Source: an uncultured Planctomycetia bacterium
Lineage (GTDB): Bacteria; Omnitrophota; Gorgyraeia; JABMRG01
Assembly: GCA_964634945.1 (NCBI GenBank)
Contig: CAZWMG010000001.1
Coordinates: 2,405-66,404, forward strand
Length of the DNA: 64,000 bases
Reading direction: 5' to 3'
The notes below the pieces were generated by a model. The model was given only the letters and a program-made list of their open reading frames with translations, was not told where the DNA came from and ran no database searches. A program made the translations under genes and the position numbers. Positions 1-9,600 of the stretch are shown here, piece by piece (position 1 is the first letter of the stretch; the number at the start of each line of letters is the position of its first letter).

Positions 1-213
1 AGTGTAGCATGATTTAAGGTTTCTGCTCTCTGTTGATATGGTCGCCTCCAAAAACCCTATATCAGAGCTAATTTGCTGTTTTGCGAAACCCTTTACCTTA
101 AGAAAGCCTTTCTTCTTAAGATTTAGAACCGTATCTGATGTAATGCTCGCTATCGCGAGTAGAAATAATCCCGTGATAATAGTTACAATTACAGGTGTTA
201 ATGCTTTTTTCAC
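1..213 (-). CDS. SIMPL (DUF541) domain protein, 5' part; runs off the window edge
   Basis: Open frame from GTG at 213 (GGGG RBS upstream): VKKALTPVIVTIITGLFLLAIASI...FLKVKGFAKQQISSDIG. An N-terminal TM followed by a VKGxAxxxxxxD motif is typical of SIMPL. Not in the ORF track. Confidence 0.6.
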   Translation of the reverse strand, partial: MKKALTPVIVTIITGLFLLAIASITSDTVLNLKKKGFLKVKGFAKQQISSDIGFLEATISTESRNLKSCYT

Positions 214-246
214 GTCTTACCCCTATCTAGTTATTCTTGTGAATCA

Positions 247-435
247 TTAATATTTATTAGACCTTTTAGTCTTGTGTTGCATTTCATCTGTTTGAGTATT
301 TGCTATTTGCCTTGAAAGAGATTTGGTGTTTACCAGCTTAATCTTTATGGGCACTGTTAACGGGTTAAAGGCTATAGCGCTGCTTATCAGGATAAACAGA
401 AGTACGCTTGCTACCGAGAAAAAGACCTGTCTCAT
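247..435 (-). CDS. small exported hypothetical protein
   Basis: ORF 247..489; likely start ATG at 435 (MRQVFFSVASVLLFILISSAIAF, signal-peptide-like). Confidence 0.45.
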   Translation of the reverse strand: MRQVFFSVASVLLFILISSAIAFNPLTVPIKIKLVNTKSLSRQIANTQTDEMQHKTKRSNKY

Positions 436-622
436 CTTTTGCCCCCTTTCTTTTGGTCTAATGATTACAAAGAGGGACTTAAGGGGCAAATCTTTAGAAA
501 AGGAGGGTAAAACTGAGACTGGCCCCTTAAGCCTTTTTGTGTTATATTTTAGAGTACGGGGCTATTATAGTACCTATACGCGACAGCATTGTGTCGTGGC
601 ATAAAATAATTTTAAATCTATG

Positions 623-672
623 TCATGACCGGTTCTCAAGCACGATCGATCGTGCTTGAGAACCGGTCATGA
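623..672. repeat. perfect 50-bp palindrome, copy 1
   Basis: TCATGACCGGTTCTCAAGCACGATC|GATCGTGCTTGAGAACCGGTCATGA, with no loop. Confidence 0.95.
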
Positions 673-684
673 GAGAAAGCAAAC

Positions 685-718
685 AAAAAAACCAGGCTGA
701 GTAAAGCCTGGTTTTTTT
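685..718. terminator. intrinsic terminator (bidirectional)
   Basis: AAAAAAACCAGGCT-gagtaa-AGCCTGGTTTTTTT just downstream of the 738..1202 gene. Confidence 0.75.
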
Positions 719-737
719 CATATAATGAGAGAATACC

Positions 738-1202
738 TTACTTTTTCTTATACTGTTTCCAAATATCCTTCAGCTTATCTTTCTGTTCCGCGGTCAATAT
801 GTTTTTAAGCTGGGCATACTTTGTTACAAGGTATTGCGCCTTTGCCTTCTTGAGATCGTATTTTTTACCTATCAGCTTATTGATAGCATTCGTATTCATT
901 GTATCCGCGTACATCTCTGATTTTATATCTATACCAATTATATCTATATCAGCATTTTGTCGTATAAGTTCTTTTTTAACATCGAGCTTGAGCGCTTTAA
1001 TCTTTGCTATCTGATCATCGGAGAGGCCTAGGTCCTCACGATTCTCTAAAAACATATATGCTTTCCTAGAAATCTTACCATCGGCGCCTTTGCCGTAACA
1101 TGCCGAGCTATTACCTTTATCATATGCCAGGGCAGGGGCCGCGACTATACTTGAAAGCATAAATATCACTACTAAAAATGTTGCGAATAACCTTTTATTC
1201 AT
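738..1202 (-). CDS. Spy/CpxP-like periplasmic helical protein
   Basis: Signal peptide, LGLSDDQIAKIKAL and ILTAEQKDKL (LTxxQ motifs). Confidence 0.75.
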   Translation of the reverse strand: MNKRLFATFLVVIFMLSSIVAAPALAYDKGNSSACYGKGADGKISRKAYMFLENREDLGLSDDQIAKIKALKLDVKKELIRQNADIDIIGIDIKSEMYADTMNTNAINKLIGKKYDLKKAKAQYLVTKYAQLKNILTAEQKDKLKDIWKQYKKK

Positions 1203-1297
1203 TATTGCCTCCTCTATTTTACGAAAAAATATTATAACATATTTATAGAGTTTTAGCTATATAAATTACATCAAGGATCAGCTTTTTTGCTCCTCAC

Positions 1298-1351
1298 TCT
1301 CAAGACCGGTTCTCAAGCACGATCGATCGTGCTTGAGAACCGGTCTTGAGA
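1298..1351. repeat. perfect 54-bp palindrome, copy 2 (42-bp core identical to copy 1)
   Basis: TCTCAAGACCGGTTCTCAAGCACGATC|GATCGTGCTTGAGAACCGGTCTTGAGA, followed by short CTTGAGA echoes. Confidence 0.95.
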
Positions 1352-1399
1352 CTAGGTCTTGAGACTAGCTTGAGAGAATTTGAAAGGGTAGCCACAACC

Positions 1400-1780
1400 T
1401 TAGGATATCTCGATATTGATTGCTGGTTTCGCGCTAAGAGTGGAGTGAATGGGGCAGTTCTTGACAAATTGAAGCAGGGATTTTTTTCTCTTCTCATCTA
1501 TATCCATGCCTTCTAAGTTTATCTTCACTTTTATCTCCCTAAATAACATAGGCCTTTCCTTAACAAGATCGGATTCTACCTCTACGCTGAATTTATCTGA
1601 CTTTATACTTACCCCATCTAAGTACCTGCGTATAAAAACACCTGTACAACTTCCTATGCTGGCTAGAAATAAACTTAAGGGTGATGGGGCGTTACCTTTT
1701 GTATCTACATCAAACTCAATACCATCTGAGCTGGCCTTGAATGAATATCCGCCTTTATTTACTATATTAACCTTATACAC
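1400..1780 (-). CDS. OsmC family protein
   Basis: PSPLSLFLASIGSC and CPIHSTL two-cysteine motifs. Confidence 0.85.
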   Translation of the reverse strand: MYKVNIVNKGGYSFKASSDGIEFDVDTKGNAPSPLSLFLASIGSCTGVFIRRYLDGVSIKSDKFSVEVESDLVKERPMLFREIKVKINLEGMDIDEKRKKSLLQFVKNCPIHSTLSAKPAINIEIS

Positions 1781-1795
1781 GCTCTCTCCTTTTGT

Positions 1796-2734
1796 TTAAA
1801 GTGATTCATGATATTCCTTGATAATATCCTTTATATCTAGGGCCAGTTTTTTTGGCCTTATGACCCTGACATAAGGTATCCAAAGAAGTATTGTGGGCAG
1901 GGCCTCCATGTCCTGGGCTACCATTGCCTCAACAAGCATAGAGCCATCCTTGTTTTGCTTGGTTATTTTTTGTAGGGGCAAGTATTTTTTGGTTCTAAAG
2001 AATCGAGCCGCCTCTTTATCGACCTTAAGCAGGACCTTTTTGTTTCGCTGGTCAGAGAACCAGATATTTACACTCTCATCAAGCATAGCCTTTAAATTGC
2101 CCGGCACCTCGAATTTTTTAGTTTCAAGCCTTATCTCTCTTATGCATTCCAGTCTTAATCGTATAATCCTCTCATCGTCATCTGTTCTTACCAGAAGATA
2201 CCAAAATCCATCAAAGAATATAACCTTAAGCGGGTGGATTATAAATCTCTTATCCTTATCTTCAGTAACATAATGGACCTCACACTTCTTGTGCTGATTG
2301 ACCGCGGCCTTTAGGTCATTCATAAACGGATACTGCTTATCCATCTTAATGCCTTCGGGTATCTTGGTGTAAAACATTGGTTCCGCTTCGGGGGTAAGGA
2401 CCTTTTTAAGAAGTTGGCCAAAGCTCTCCTCAAAGTCCCTGCCAAGGCTTTTGGATACCTCCAGCATAAAAGAGAGTAAAGACGCCTCTTCCTTTGAAAG
2501 CATCAGCTTTTTAAGCGAGAAACCATCCGCGAATGAGTGCGCACCTTTTTCAGAAGGCGCAAGCGGAAAACCAGCCATATTAAGCAGTTCAAGGTCTCGC
2601 TGGACTGTGCGCAAAGAGACATTAAATTCGCGGGAGAGCTCACGCGTGCAGACCTTGCCCCCTCTATCGAGCTTGTTTAGACAATAGAGTAGCCGAAATA
2701 TCTTTTTGTCATAGCTTTTAGTTTTTTGTGACAT
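1796..2734 (-). CDS. HTH-WYL-WCX transcriptional regulator (YafY/PafC/DriD-like)
   Basis: ELSREFNVSLRTVQRDLELL HTH; FFDGFWYLL...RLRLECI WYL domain; C-terminal WIPYVRVIRP. Confidence 0.9.
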   Translation of the reverse strand: MSQKTKSYDKKIFRLLYCLNKLDRGGKVCTRELSREFNVSLRTVQRDLELLNMAGFPLAPSEKGAHSFADGFSLKKLMLSKEEASLLSFMLEVSKSLGRDFEESFGQLLKKVLTPEAEPMFYTKIPEGIKMDKQYPFMNDLKAAVNQHKKCEVHYVTEDKDKRFIIHPLKVIFFDGFWYLLVRTDDDERIIRLRLECIREIRLETKKFEVPGNLKAMLDESVNIWFSDQRNKKVLLKVDKEAARFFRTKKYLPLQKITKQNKDGSMLVEAMVAQDMEALPTILLWIPYVRVIRPKKLALDIKDIIKEYHESL

Positions 2735-2741
2735 AATATTT

Positions 2742-2776
2742 ATTATATTATACTACAGTGACAACACCATGTCGCT
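2742..2776 (-). promoter_or_regulatory. promoter with inverted-repeat operator for the WYL regulator
   Basis: Minus strand AGCGACA-N6-TGTCACT inverted repeat (2757-2776); TGTCAC-N10-TATAAT ends 7 bp before the ATG. Confidence 0.55.
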
Positions 2777-2800
2777 ATTTATTAATATGGCGACACTTGA

Positions 2801-4243
2801 TTATAGATCAGAGGACTCATGGAAATCATTGTGGACAAGGGCCGGTTTGACAGGTAATATTGGGCGGATTACTTTAATTTTTTTCCAGTGCCCTGATCGG
2901 TACCTGAGATACAGGATAAAGGAAAATAGGAAAAATATAGCTACCATCACGGACCAGCATACCTGTAAAGGCAGTCCGATAACCTTTAGCATAATAAATA
3001 GTACAGGGACAATTATCCAGTGAAGAGCGACTGAGATAAACATCGCCCAAAAGGTATCTCCTGCCCCGCGCAATGCCCCTATGAATGTAATTAACATAGC
3101 TTCAACAAGTACGTAAAGGGCCGCCATGCGGATCATAAATACAGCTATCGGCTTAGCTTGAATAAAGACATCCCCCATAGTTGCAGGACGGAATACTTCA
3201 GCAAGATTTGATGGAAAGATCACAAAAAAGAATAGAATAAAGGAGGAATATATAAGTCCAAGCTTTAATCCTGACATGGTTGATTTGTGCGCTGTGGCAG
3301 GATCTCCCGCTCCCATATATCTGCCAACAAGGCTTATTACCCCTATCTCCATTCCAATTAGGGGTACAAATGAGACCATATCCCAGTTAAAGACGATTGT
3401 TGACGCTGTTGCCGCGACCGGGCCCATAGAATGAAATATCATAATGATTATATCAAATGCCAAAAGATTAAGGAACATCTCCAGCCCCGCGGGGTAGCCA
3501 AAGTGCAGAAGTATGCCTGTAACCTTTCGGTCAAAACGAAAAGATTTTAAAACCCCATACTCTTGTATGTTTGCCTTTCTAAGATATGCCACCAGCAATA
3601 CAGAGAGTCCGCAGCCGGCGCCTATAATGGTACCGTAAGCCGCGCCTCTTATTCCCAGCGCGGGAAATCCAAATTTGCCGAATATGAGAAGGTAATTAAC
3701 GCCGATATTAACTGACATGGCTGTAAATGAGGCTATCATTACGATCTTTGTTTTTCCTATGCCTGAAAAGAATGAGCTGAATGAATTCCTAAGCAAGCTA
3801 AGAATGACCGCGTATAGCAAAATATCAAAATATAGTTTTTGTGGGGCAAGCTGCTTGGGTGTTATGCCCATAAAATCGAATAGGCTGTGAGCCAGAGGGC
3901 GGCATGCTAGAATAATCGGATACGCGAGAAATACTATGATTACAGATTGGGTAATCGCTATAGCAGAATGTTTTTTGTTGTTGGATCCTAAGTATTGCGC
4001 CACCAGGACTGTCGCGTATCCGGTAAGGCCCCAGAAGAAGGTCATCATCATAAACACTGTGAGCCCCCCACCCATTGCGGCGTTCATATATTCCGGGCCT
4101 AAACGGGACAAAAACATCCGATCAGTAAAGGTCATGAACGTATAACACGCTTGCGATATTATCATCGGTATCGCGATATACATCATTTCGCGCATTCCGC
4201 CCTTTTTTAACTTAAGCGGCACTCTTTTTTTTGTAATATCCAT
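2801..4243 (-). CDS. MATE family efflux transporter
   Basis: About 12 TM; D in TM1 (TFTDRMF), NYLLIFGKFGFPALGIRGAAYGT, GALRGAGDT. Confidence 0.92.
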   Translation of the reverse strand: MDITKKRVPLKLKKGGMREMMYIAIPMIISQACYTFMTFTDRMFLSRLGPEYMNAAMGGGLTVFMMMTFFWGLTGYATVLVAQYLGSNNKKHSAIAITQSVIIVFLAYPIILACRPLAHSLFDFMGITPKQLAPQKLYFDILLYAVILSLLRNSFSSFFSGIGKTKIVMIASFTAMSVNIGVNYLLIFGKFGFPALGIRGAAYGTIIGAGCGLSVLLVAYLRKANIQEYGVLKSFRFDRKVTGILLHFGYPAGLEMFLNLLAFDIIIMIFHSMGPVAATASTIVFNWDMVSFVPLIGMEIGVISLVGRYMGAGDPATAHKSTMSGLKLGLIYSSFILFFFVIFPSNLAEVFRPATMGDVFIQAKPIAVFMIRMAALYVLVEAMLITFIGALRGAGDTFWAMFISVALHWIIVPVLFIMLKVIGLPLQVCWSVMVAIFFLFSFILYLRYRSGHWKKIKVIRPILPVKPALVHNDFHESSDL

Positions 4244-4323
4244 AGTCGCAAAGAGATGGGTACGCCTCTATTTAATTGTGAGTTCCTGTTCATTAAAAAA
4301 TAGGAGCGTACCCTCTTATTGTT

Positions 4324-6057
4324 CTACCTTCTCGATTTTTTTGGCCTGCCTGATTTTTTCGACCTGCTTGATTTGCTTGACCTGTTTGGCCCGCCTGATT
4401 TTTTTGGCCTACTTGACCTGCCTGACCTACTTGATCTGTTTGATTCGCTTGACCGGCTTGATTTGGCCTTGGTAATATGTAGCTTTGTTCTGCCCTTATT
4501 ATTTTTGAAGAATGATAAGACTATCTCGGCCTCGTGAAAAGGCAGGGTGACGAAAGAAAATTTTTCAAGAACCTGCACATCTTTAATCTTCTCAGGGCTG
4601 ATGCGGCATTTGCTTTTTATGATATTGGCTAATTCTTTGGGTGTTAACCTGTCTATTTTTCCCTGGGTTACAAAGAGCCGCGTCTTTCCCCTTGCGTCTA
4701 CAACTACATCTTCTATTTCAGTATAATTTTTTTCATCCAGATCCCCACGAAACGAATGCTGTAAGAGCGCTGAGACTATTTTCTCAGGTTCGTTCTCACC
4801 TAAAAGCTCCCTGGCCATATCCGCATACACCGGGTTTGGATCCAGCTTTACAATCTCTTCAACGCTTGACTTGATCCTTAGTTTTTTGGTTTTTATAACG
4901 TCTTTTACTTTTGGTAGTTTTTCCTTACGGATATCTGCCTGCGCTATCTTGCTGATATACTGTAATTTTCTGTATTCTGTCGGCGTTATAAATGTTATGG
5001 CGGTACCTTCTTTTCCCGCGCGGCCCGTACGTCCTATCCTATGGACATATGATTCAGGGTCCTGCGGAAGGGCATAGTTTATAACATGCGTAAGATCCTG
5101 CACATCTATTCCCCTGGCCGCTACATCGGTTGCCACAAGTATAGTGACTTGTTTTTTCTTAAATTTCCACAGTATCTTCTCTCTTATATTCTGTGACATA
5201 TCCCCATGTAAGCTCGCCGCGTCATAACCACGCTCGGCAAGACGGTTACCAACAGTATCAACATCTACCTTTGTCCTGCAAAAAACAAGCGCGTAGAAAT
5301 CCTCCTCAATATCTATGATCCTGCACAGGGCATCAAATCTATCCCCTGTAGATACCTCAAAATATATCTGATCAGTCTGACTGACTGTAAGTTGGCCTTG
5401 CGTTACCTTGAATAGGTCATACTCACGCATATGTTTTTTTGCTATATTGATTATCTCGCGCGGCATAGTAGCTGAAAATAGCAAGGTGCGCTTGTCTGCC
5501 GAGGTCTTTTTCATGATCTCTGTGACGTCCTCTAAGAACCCCATATTAAGCATCTCATCAGCTTCATCAAGGACGAGAAAAGATATCTTGTCTAGTTTTA
5601 ATGTGCGCCGCCTGAGATGATCGAGTATTCTACCGGGTGTTCCCACAGCTATATCAACGCCCTTTTTTAGATGCCTTAGCTGTAGATCGATTGATTGACC
5701 GCCATATACAGGAAGAACGGTTATCTTTTTATATCCCTTTAGCGAATTTATCTCTTCAGCGACCTGTACTGCCAGCTCTCTTGTCGGGGCAAGTACAAGC
5801 GCCTGTATTGAGCCGGATCTTTCAGGTATCAGCTCAATAATTGGAAGGCCAAATGCCGCGGTCTTTCCTGTGCCTGTTTGAGCCTGGCCAACAACATCCT
5901 TTTTCCCTGAAAGAAGAGCCGGAATGGTCTGTTCCTGTATCGGGGTTGGTGCCTCAAACCCCTTTTGTTTTAATACTTTTAGGGTCTCTTTAGACAGCCC
6001 TAGTTCATCAAATAACTTCATATCCTGATGATTCCCTTCTAGATTAAATTGGTGCAA
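4324..6057 (-). CDS. DEAD-box RNA helicase with DbpA-type RNA-binding domain (DeaD/CshA-like); likely start 6021
   Basis: Q motif, AQTGTGKT, PTRELA, DEAD, SAT, HRIGRTGRAG; basic Ser/Arg tail. Confidence 0.95.
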   Translation of the reverse strand: MHQFNLEGNHQDMKLFDELGLSKETLKVLKQKGFEAPTPIQEQTIPALLSGKKDVVGQAQTGTGKTAAFGLPIIELIPERSGSIQALVLAPTRELAVQVAEEINSLKGYKKITVLPVYGGQSIDLQLRHLKKGVDIAVGTPGRILDHLRRRTLKLDKISFLVLDEADEMLNMGFLEDVTEIMKKTSADKRTLLFSATMPREIINIAKKHMREYDLFKVTQGQLTVSQTDQIYFEVSTGDRFDALCRIIDIEEDFYALVFCRTKVDVDTVGNRLAERGYDAASLHGDMSQNIREKILWKFKKKQVTILVATDVAARGIDVQDLTHVINYALPQDPESYVHRIGRTGRAGKEGTAITFITPTEYRKLQYISKIAQADIRKEKLPKVKDVIKTKKLRIKSSVEEIVKLDPNPVYADMARELLGENEPEKIVSALLQHSFRGDLDEKNYTEIEDVVVDARGKTRLFVTQGKIDRLTPKELANIIKSKCRISPEKIKDVQVLEKFSFVTLPFHEAEIVLSFFKNNKGRTKLHITKAKSSRSSESNRSSRSGRSSRPKKSGGPNRSSKSSRSKKSGRPKKSRR

Positions 6058-6095
6058 GACTCAATTGTTTTGCCCCTTACTTAGCTTGTAAAAAC

Positions 6096-6560
6096 TTACC
6101 AGTTCCTGTACGCGCCTTTAAATGTGCCTGTATATATGGCGTTGTTTTGCTCAGGTATCGTTATATTAAAACTTCCTTTAAATTTCTGCGGAATTCCCGC
6201 TTGATCCGGGGCGCTCAAGGTTATCTTGACAGGCCCTGTCGCGTGAAGCCCGGTGAATACGCAGGAAAAGTTACCCTCGATATTTATCCCGTTAGAAGAG
6301 CTTACAGCGCATCGTGCCACCCCTCCTACCATGTTGAGTGCAAGATCGCCCTCACGTTTTTTTGGATCCCATGTTAATCTTGCAGGCCCTGTTAAGAGAG
6401 GTGGATCCATTATACCCTTTACGCGTCCTTCGATACCGCCTGTGTATGTATATGTGGAGCCTGTAGACTTGGTATCCTCAGCAAAAGACGCGGAGCTTGT
6501 GGATACTATCGCGATAATTAACAAAGCAATAATACATAAAGACTTTTTCATGTGGATCAA
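6096..6560 (-). CDS. exported hypothetical protein
   Basis: MKKSLCIIALLIIAIVSTSSASFA signal peptide; beta-rich mature part. Confidence 0.65.
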   Translation of the reverse strand: MIHMKKSLCIIALLIIAIVSTSSASFAEDTKSTGSTYTYTGGIEGRVKGIMDPPLLTGPARLTWDPKKREGDLALNMVGGVARCAVSSSNGINIEGNFSCVFTGLHATGPVKITLSAPDQAGIPQKFKGSFNITIPEQNNAIYTGTFKGAYRNW

Positions 6561-6695
6561 CCCCCATGTTTTTTCACGCTTTTGTTTTCTTAAGCGCTAT
6601 TTTTGTATATGATCACTTATAATTATACTAATAGTAGTATATGTATAGATAAGATACCAAGCAAAGCAGTATAGGTCAAGTGAAATGTTTCTATA

Positions 6696-9600
6696 TTACG
6701 CTGACTCCAGGACTAATTCCAATATCCTTTTGTATTCAACTATTGCATTCTGGATCTCTTCCGCGGTGACTATAACAGGCAGTATTTCGATTATGTAATC
6801 ACTTATGTAATCAGCCTGATTATCGTCAATCATATTGGCAAGGGCTTTTAGTGCCTGTGGCAATGATATAACCTTATCAGTAATAGAGCTTAGCTTTATC
6901 TTGGCAACTCTTATGCCGCGTTCTTTTAACATCGGCACATTATAGAGAGCATTGAATTCACCCTCTGTTTTATCTGTAATCGGATTTGCTACAATTCCTA
7001 TATTTGCTCTCTTAAGGCCAAGGCCCAATATGAGCCTAGTTTCGATGCCTGTAAGCGCTTTTATGCGCGCTGACCTGTCCTTTGCAGTTGCATCATAGAT
7101 ATCTTTGCCTAGTATTTCTTCCGATGATTTGATGGTATCGCATAGCTCAGATACGCCATATGCCTCCAGTAGTGACGCAAGTTCATCTTTGCTTATATCG
7201 AGTATCAGAGATGTCTTGGGCCTTCCATTTTCAGATAATATCTCAAAGGCTTCAAAGAGTTCACTTGGTATAACCTGCGCTGTGGCACCGAATATATTAC
7301 CTCTTTCTATTATATATGCTGATGGCCTTGAATGATCCATCTTACTTATCGTTGCGGCAAATTCGCTGACATGTTCAAAATCCAGCGGCGTATTAGTAGG
7401 GCTTATTACCTGTTTAGCGATAGCATTTATGTTGATTGCATCCTCTGATTGATCAGATACCTGAGAAAATGGTTTTATAATTCCTCCTGAACTGGATTTT
7501 TCAATAATGCCATTTTTAGGTGGTGCTTGCGCGATAAATGGTTCTGCGTCATCCGTATACTCCAGCACGTATAGGGCAGCTGCATTGGGAACGAAAAATG
7601 CACGCATAGGATTTCCCTTTATATCCCAAATGCCTCGAGGGCGAATGTTAGGAGACTCGAATTCTTCTTCAACTATGCTTTTAAACTTAAAGCCACGGAA
7701 GTATACCTCAGTAAAGGGTGTTTTTTTTCTTCTATTCAAATAATTTTTAAACATCTTTAGATCGTTTTTATCTAAGATTAATAATTTATCCCCTTCCTTG
7801 AAGTGCTTACTAAATAATTCATCAAAGAACTCATCGATCTCAGATATATCTTTATCGAGACTCAAAAAATGAAAAAAGCCCTTTAAGATCAAGATTCTTC
7901 GTTGATCGGGATACTTAGGATCGTTAAAAGCTTGAATGTAATTACTTACATCTAAGGCCTCCTGTGATATAGGTGGCGCTTTTTTATTATTCTCCCGGGC
8001 AGCATCAAGAATGAGGTTCTTGTCAGTTATCTTTGCGAATTCTGTAAACATACTATAACCGCGCTCAAGGTCATTAGGGTCATCGTTAATAGGCAATGTT
8101 TTCATACATATCTGTGGAATAACATCGATACCTCTCAGAGGATATAAAAGTATATACTTTTCTCCAAAGATTGATGACAGCTCTTTCCAAAAATTGTAAT
8201 AGTCTGTTATTGCCCGTTGTTTTAAGCCCTTGTCTTCAATCAAGTTTCCATCTTTAATCCCTGTTTTTCCATTACGTTTTTCATGTAAAGAATTTATTTT
8301 TTCACACTTAGTTTTGTATTTCTTTATCGCTTTTGTAGCTTTTTTAACATCCCTTACCTTTTTGTCAAATGGCAATATCTTTGAAAATGTCTTAAATAAT
8401 GCGATCTCTGTTCTTATTGATTCAGCTTGTTTTGTTGTGACTTTTTTCTCTGACTCTCCCGCAGTCATTGCAAGTAAATTAGGCATAGCCTCATATTCTG
8501 CTTGATATTGATTAATTGCTTTCCGAGTGTTCTCTTTATGCGGCCCACTACTAGTTTCTGTTATCAATGGCGTTGTGCCGCTCGAGCTGGATTTTTTAAT
8601 CTCAAGATATCGCAAAGGAATACTTAGCGTAACTTCCGATTCTTTATTCTTATCTGATGGTTTTTTACTATCAACAAGATCCAGTTCAAGAGCGCCCTTG
8701 TTTTTTATGGCCTTATATATAATATTGAGGGCTTCTCCATTGCCCCCGCTATAAAAAACATTATTTGTGTACATGAGTTCTTGCTTGCGCGTGGGGAGCC
8801 TCTTGTCCTCTCCTCGCCCATTATCAGTAACTCTTACCACAAAGCATGTTTCATTGTTGCTTGTCTCTATATCAAATGATATTGCTATTTTGCCGGAATA
8901 ATTATCAATAGGCCTCTCTTCTTTAGGCGTTATTGCCGGATCATAGAAAGAGCCAATGCTGTCATAAGCATTGCCCAATAGCATATTTATCATATCATAA
9001 AGATTTTGTCCCCATTTTTGACCGGGGATAGTTACCTGCAGCATTTCAAGTAAATGCGCTACTTCTTCATAGAATTTTTCAATCCTGCTGTAGCATCCAT
9101 TATAATCCTGAAGGTCAAGGTTGTTATCAAGGCTTATCCAATACTCACCATTATTATCCTGTATGCGCCCAACACTATCTATAAACCTTCGCAATGAGGC
9201 CCCTACTCTGCTTGGAATATGCGCTTTGCCTCCGGCGGCCTTAGATAGAGTACTATCAATCGGGGTTAAGGTTTTCTCAAAAACAGCCGCCGCGTTGGGA
9301 AATATAAAAACACGCCTAGGCCGGCCATTTGTATCATAAATGTTCTGCGGCTCGCTCTCAAAAGTTCTAAAGCTATTCTCAATTATTTTTGTGAATTCAA
9401 AGTTTTCTGATGATATAGATCTTTGCGGGCTTTGAGCGCGTTTATCTAAATAATTCTTAAACATAATTAAGTCATCTTGATTCAAGATTAGTACCTTATC
9501 ACCATCTTTAAAATATTTACTGAATAGGGTATCTAAGAAATCTTCTATTTTTTCGATGCTATTGCCATGATACATTAAAAAATAAAAAAAGCCTTTAAAA

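Noticed and set aside
1300-1497. 65-aa minus-strand ORF
   Set aside because: Overlaps the OsmC gene out of frame and runs into the palindrome.
1796-2734. WYL regulator as a marker of an anti-phage defence island
   Set aside because: Neighbours are OsmC, MATE and a DEAD-box helicase, with no recognisable defence genes.
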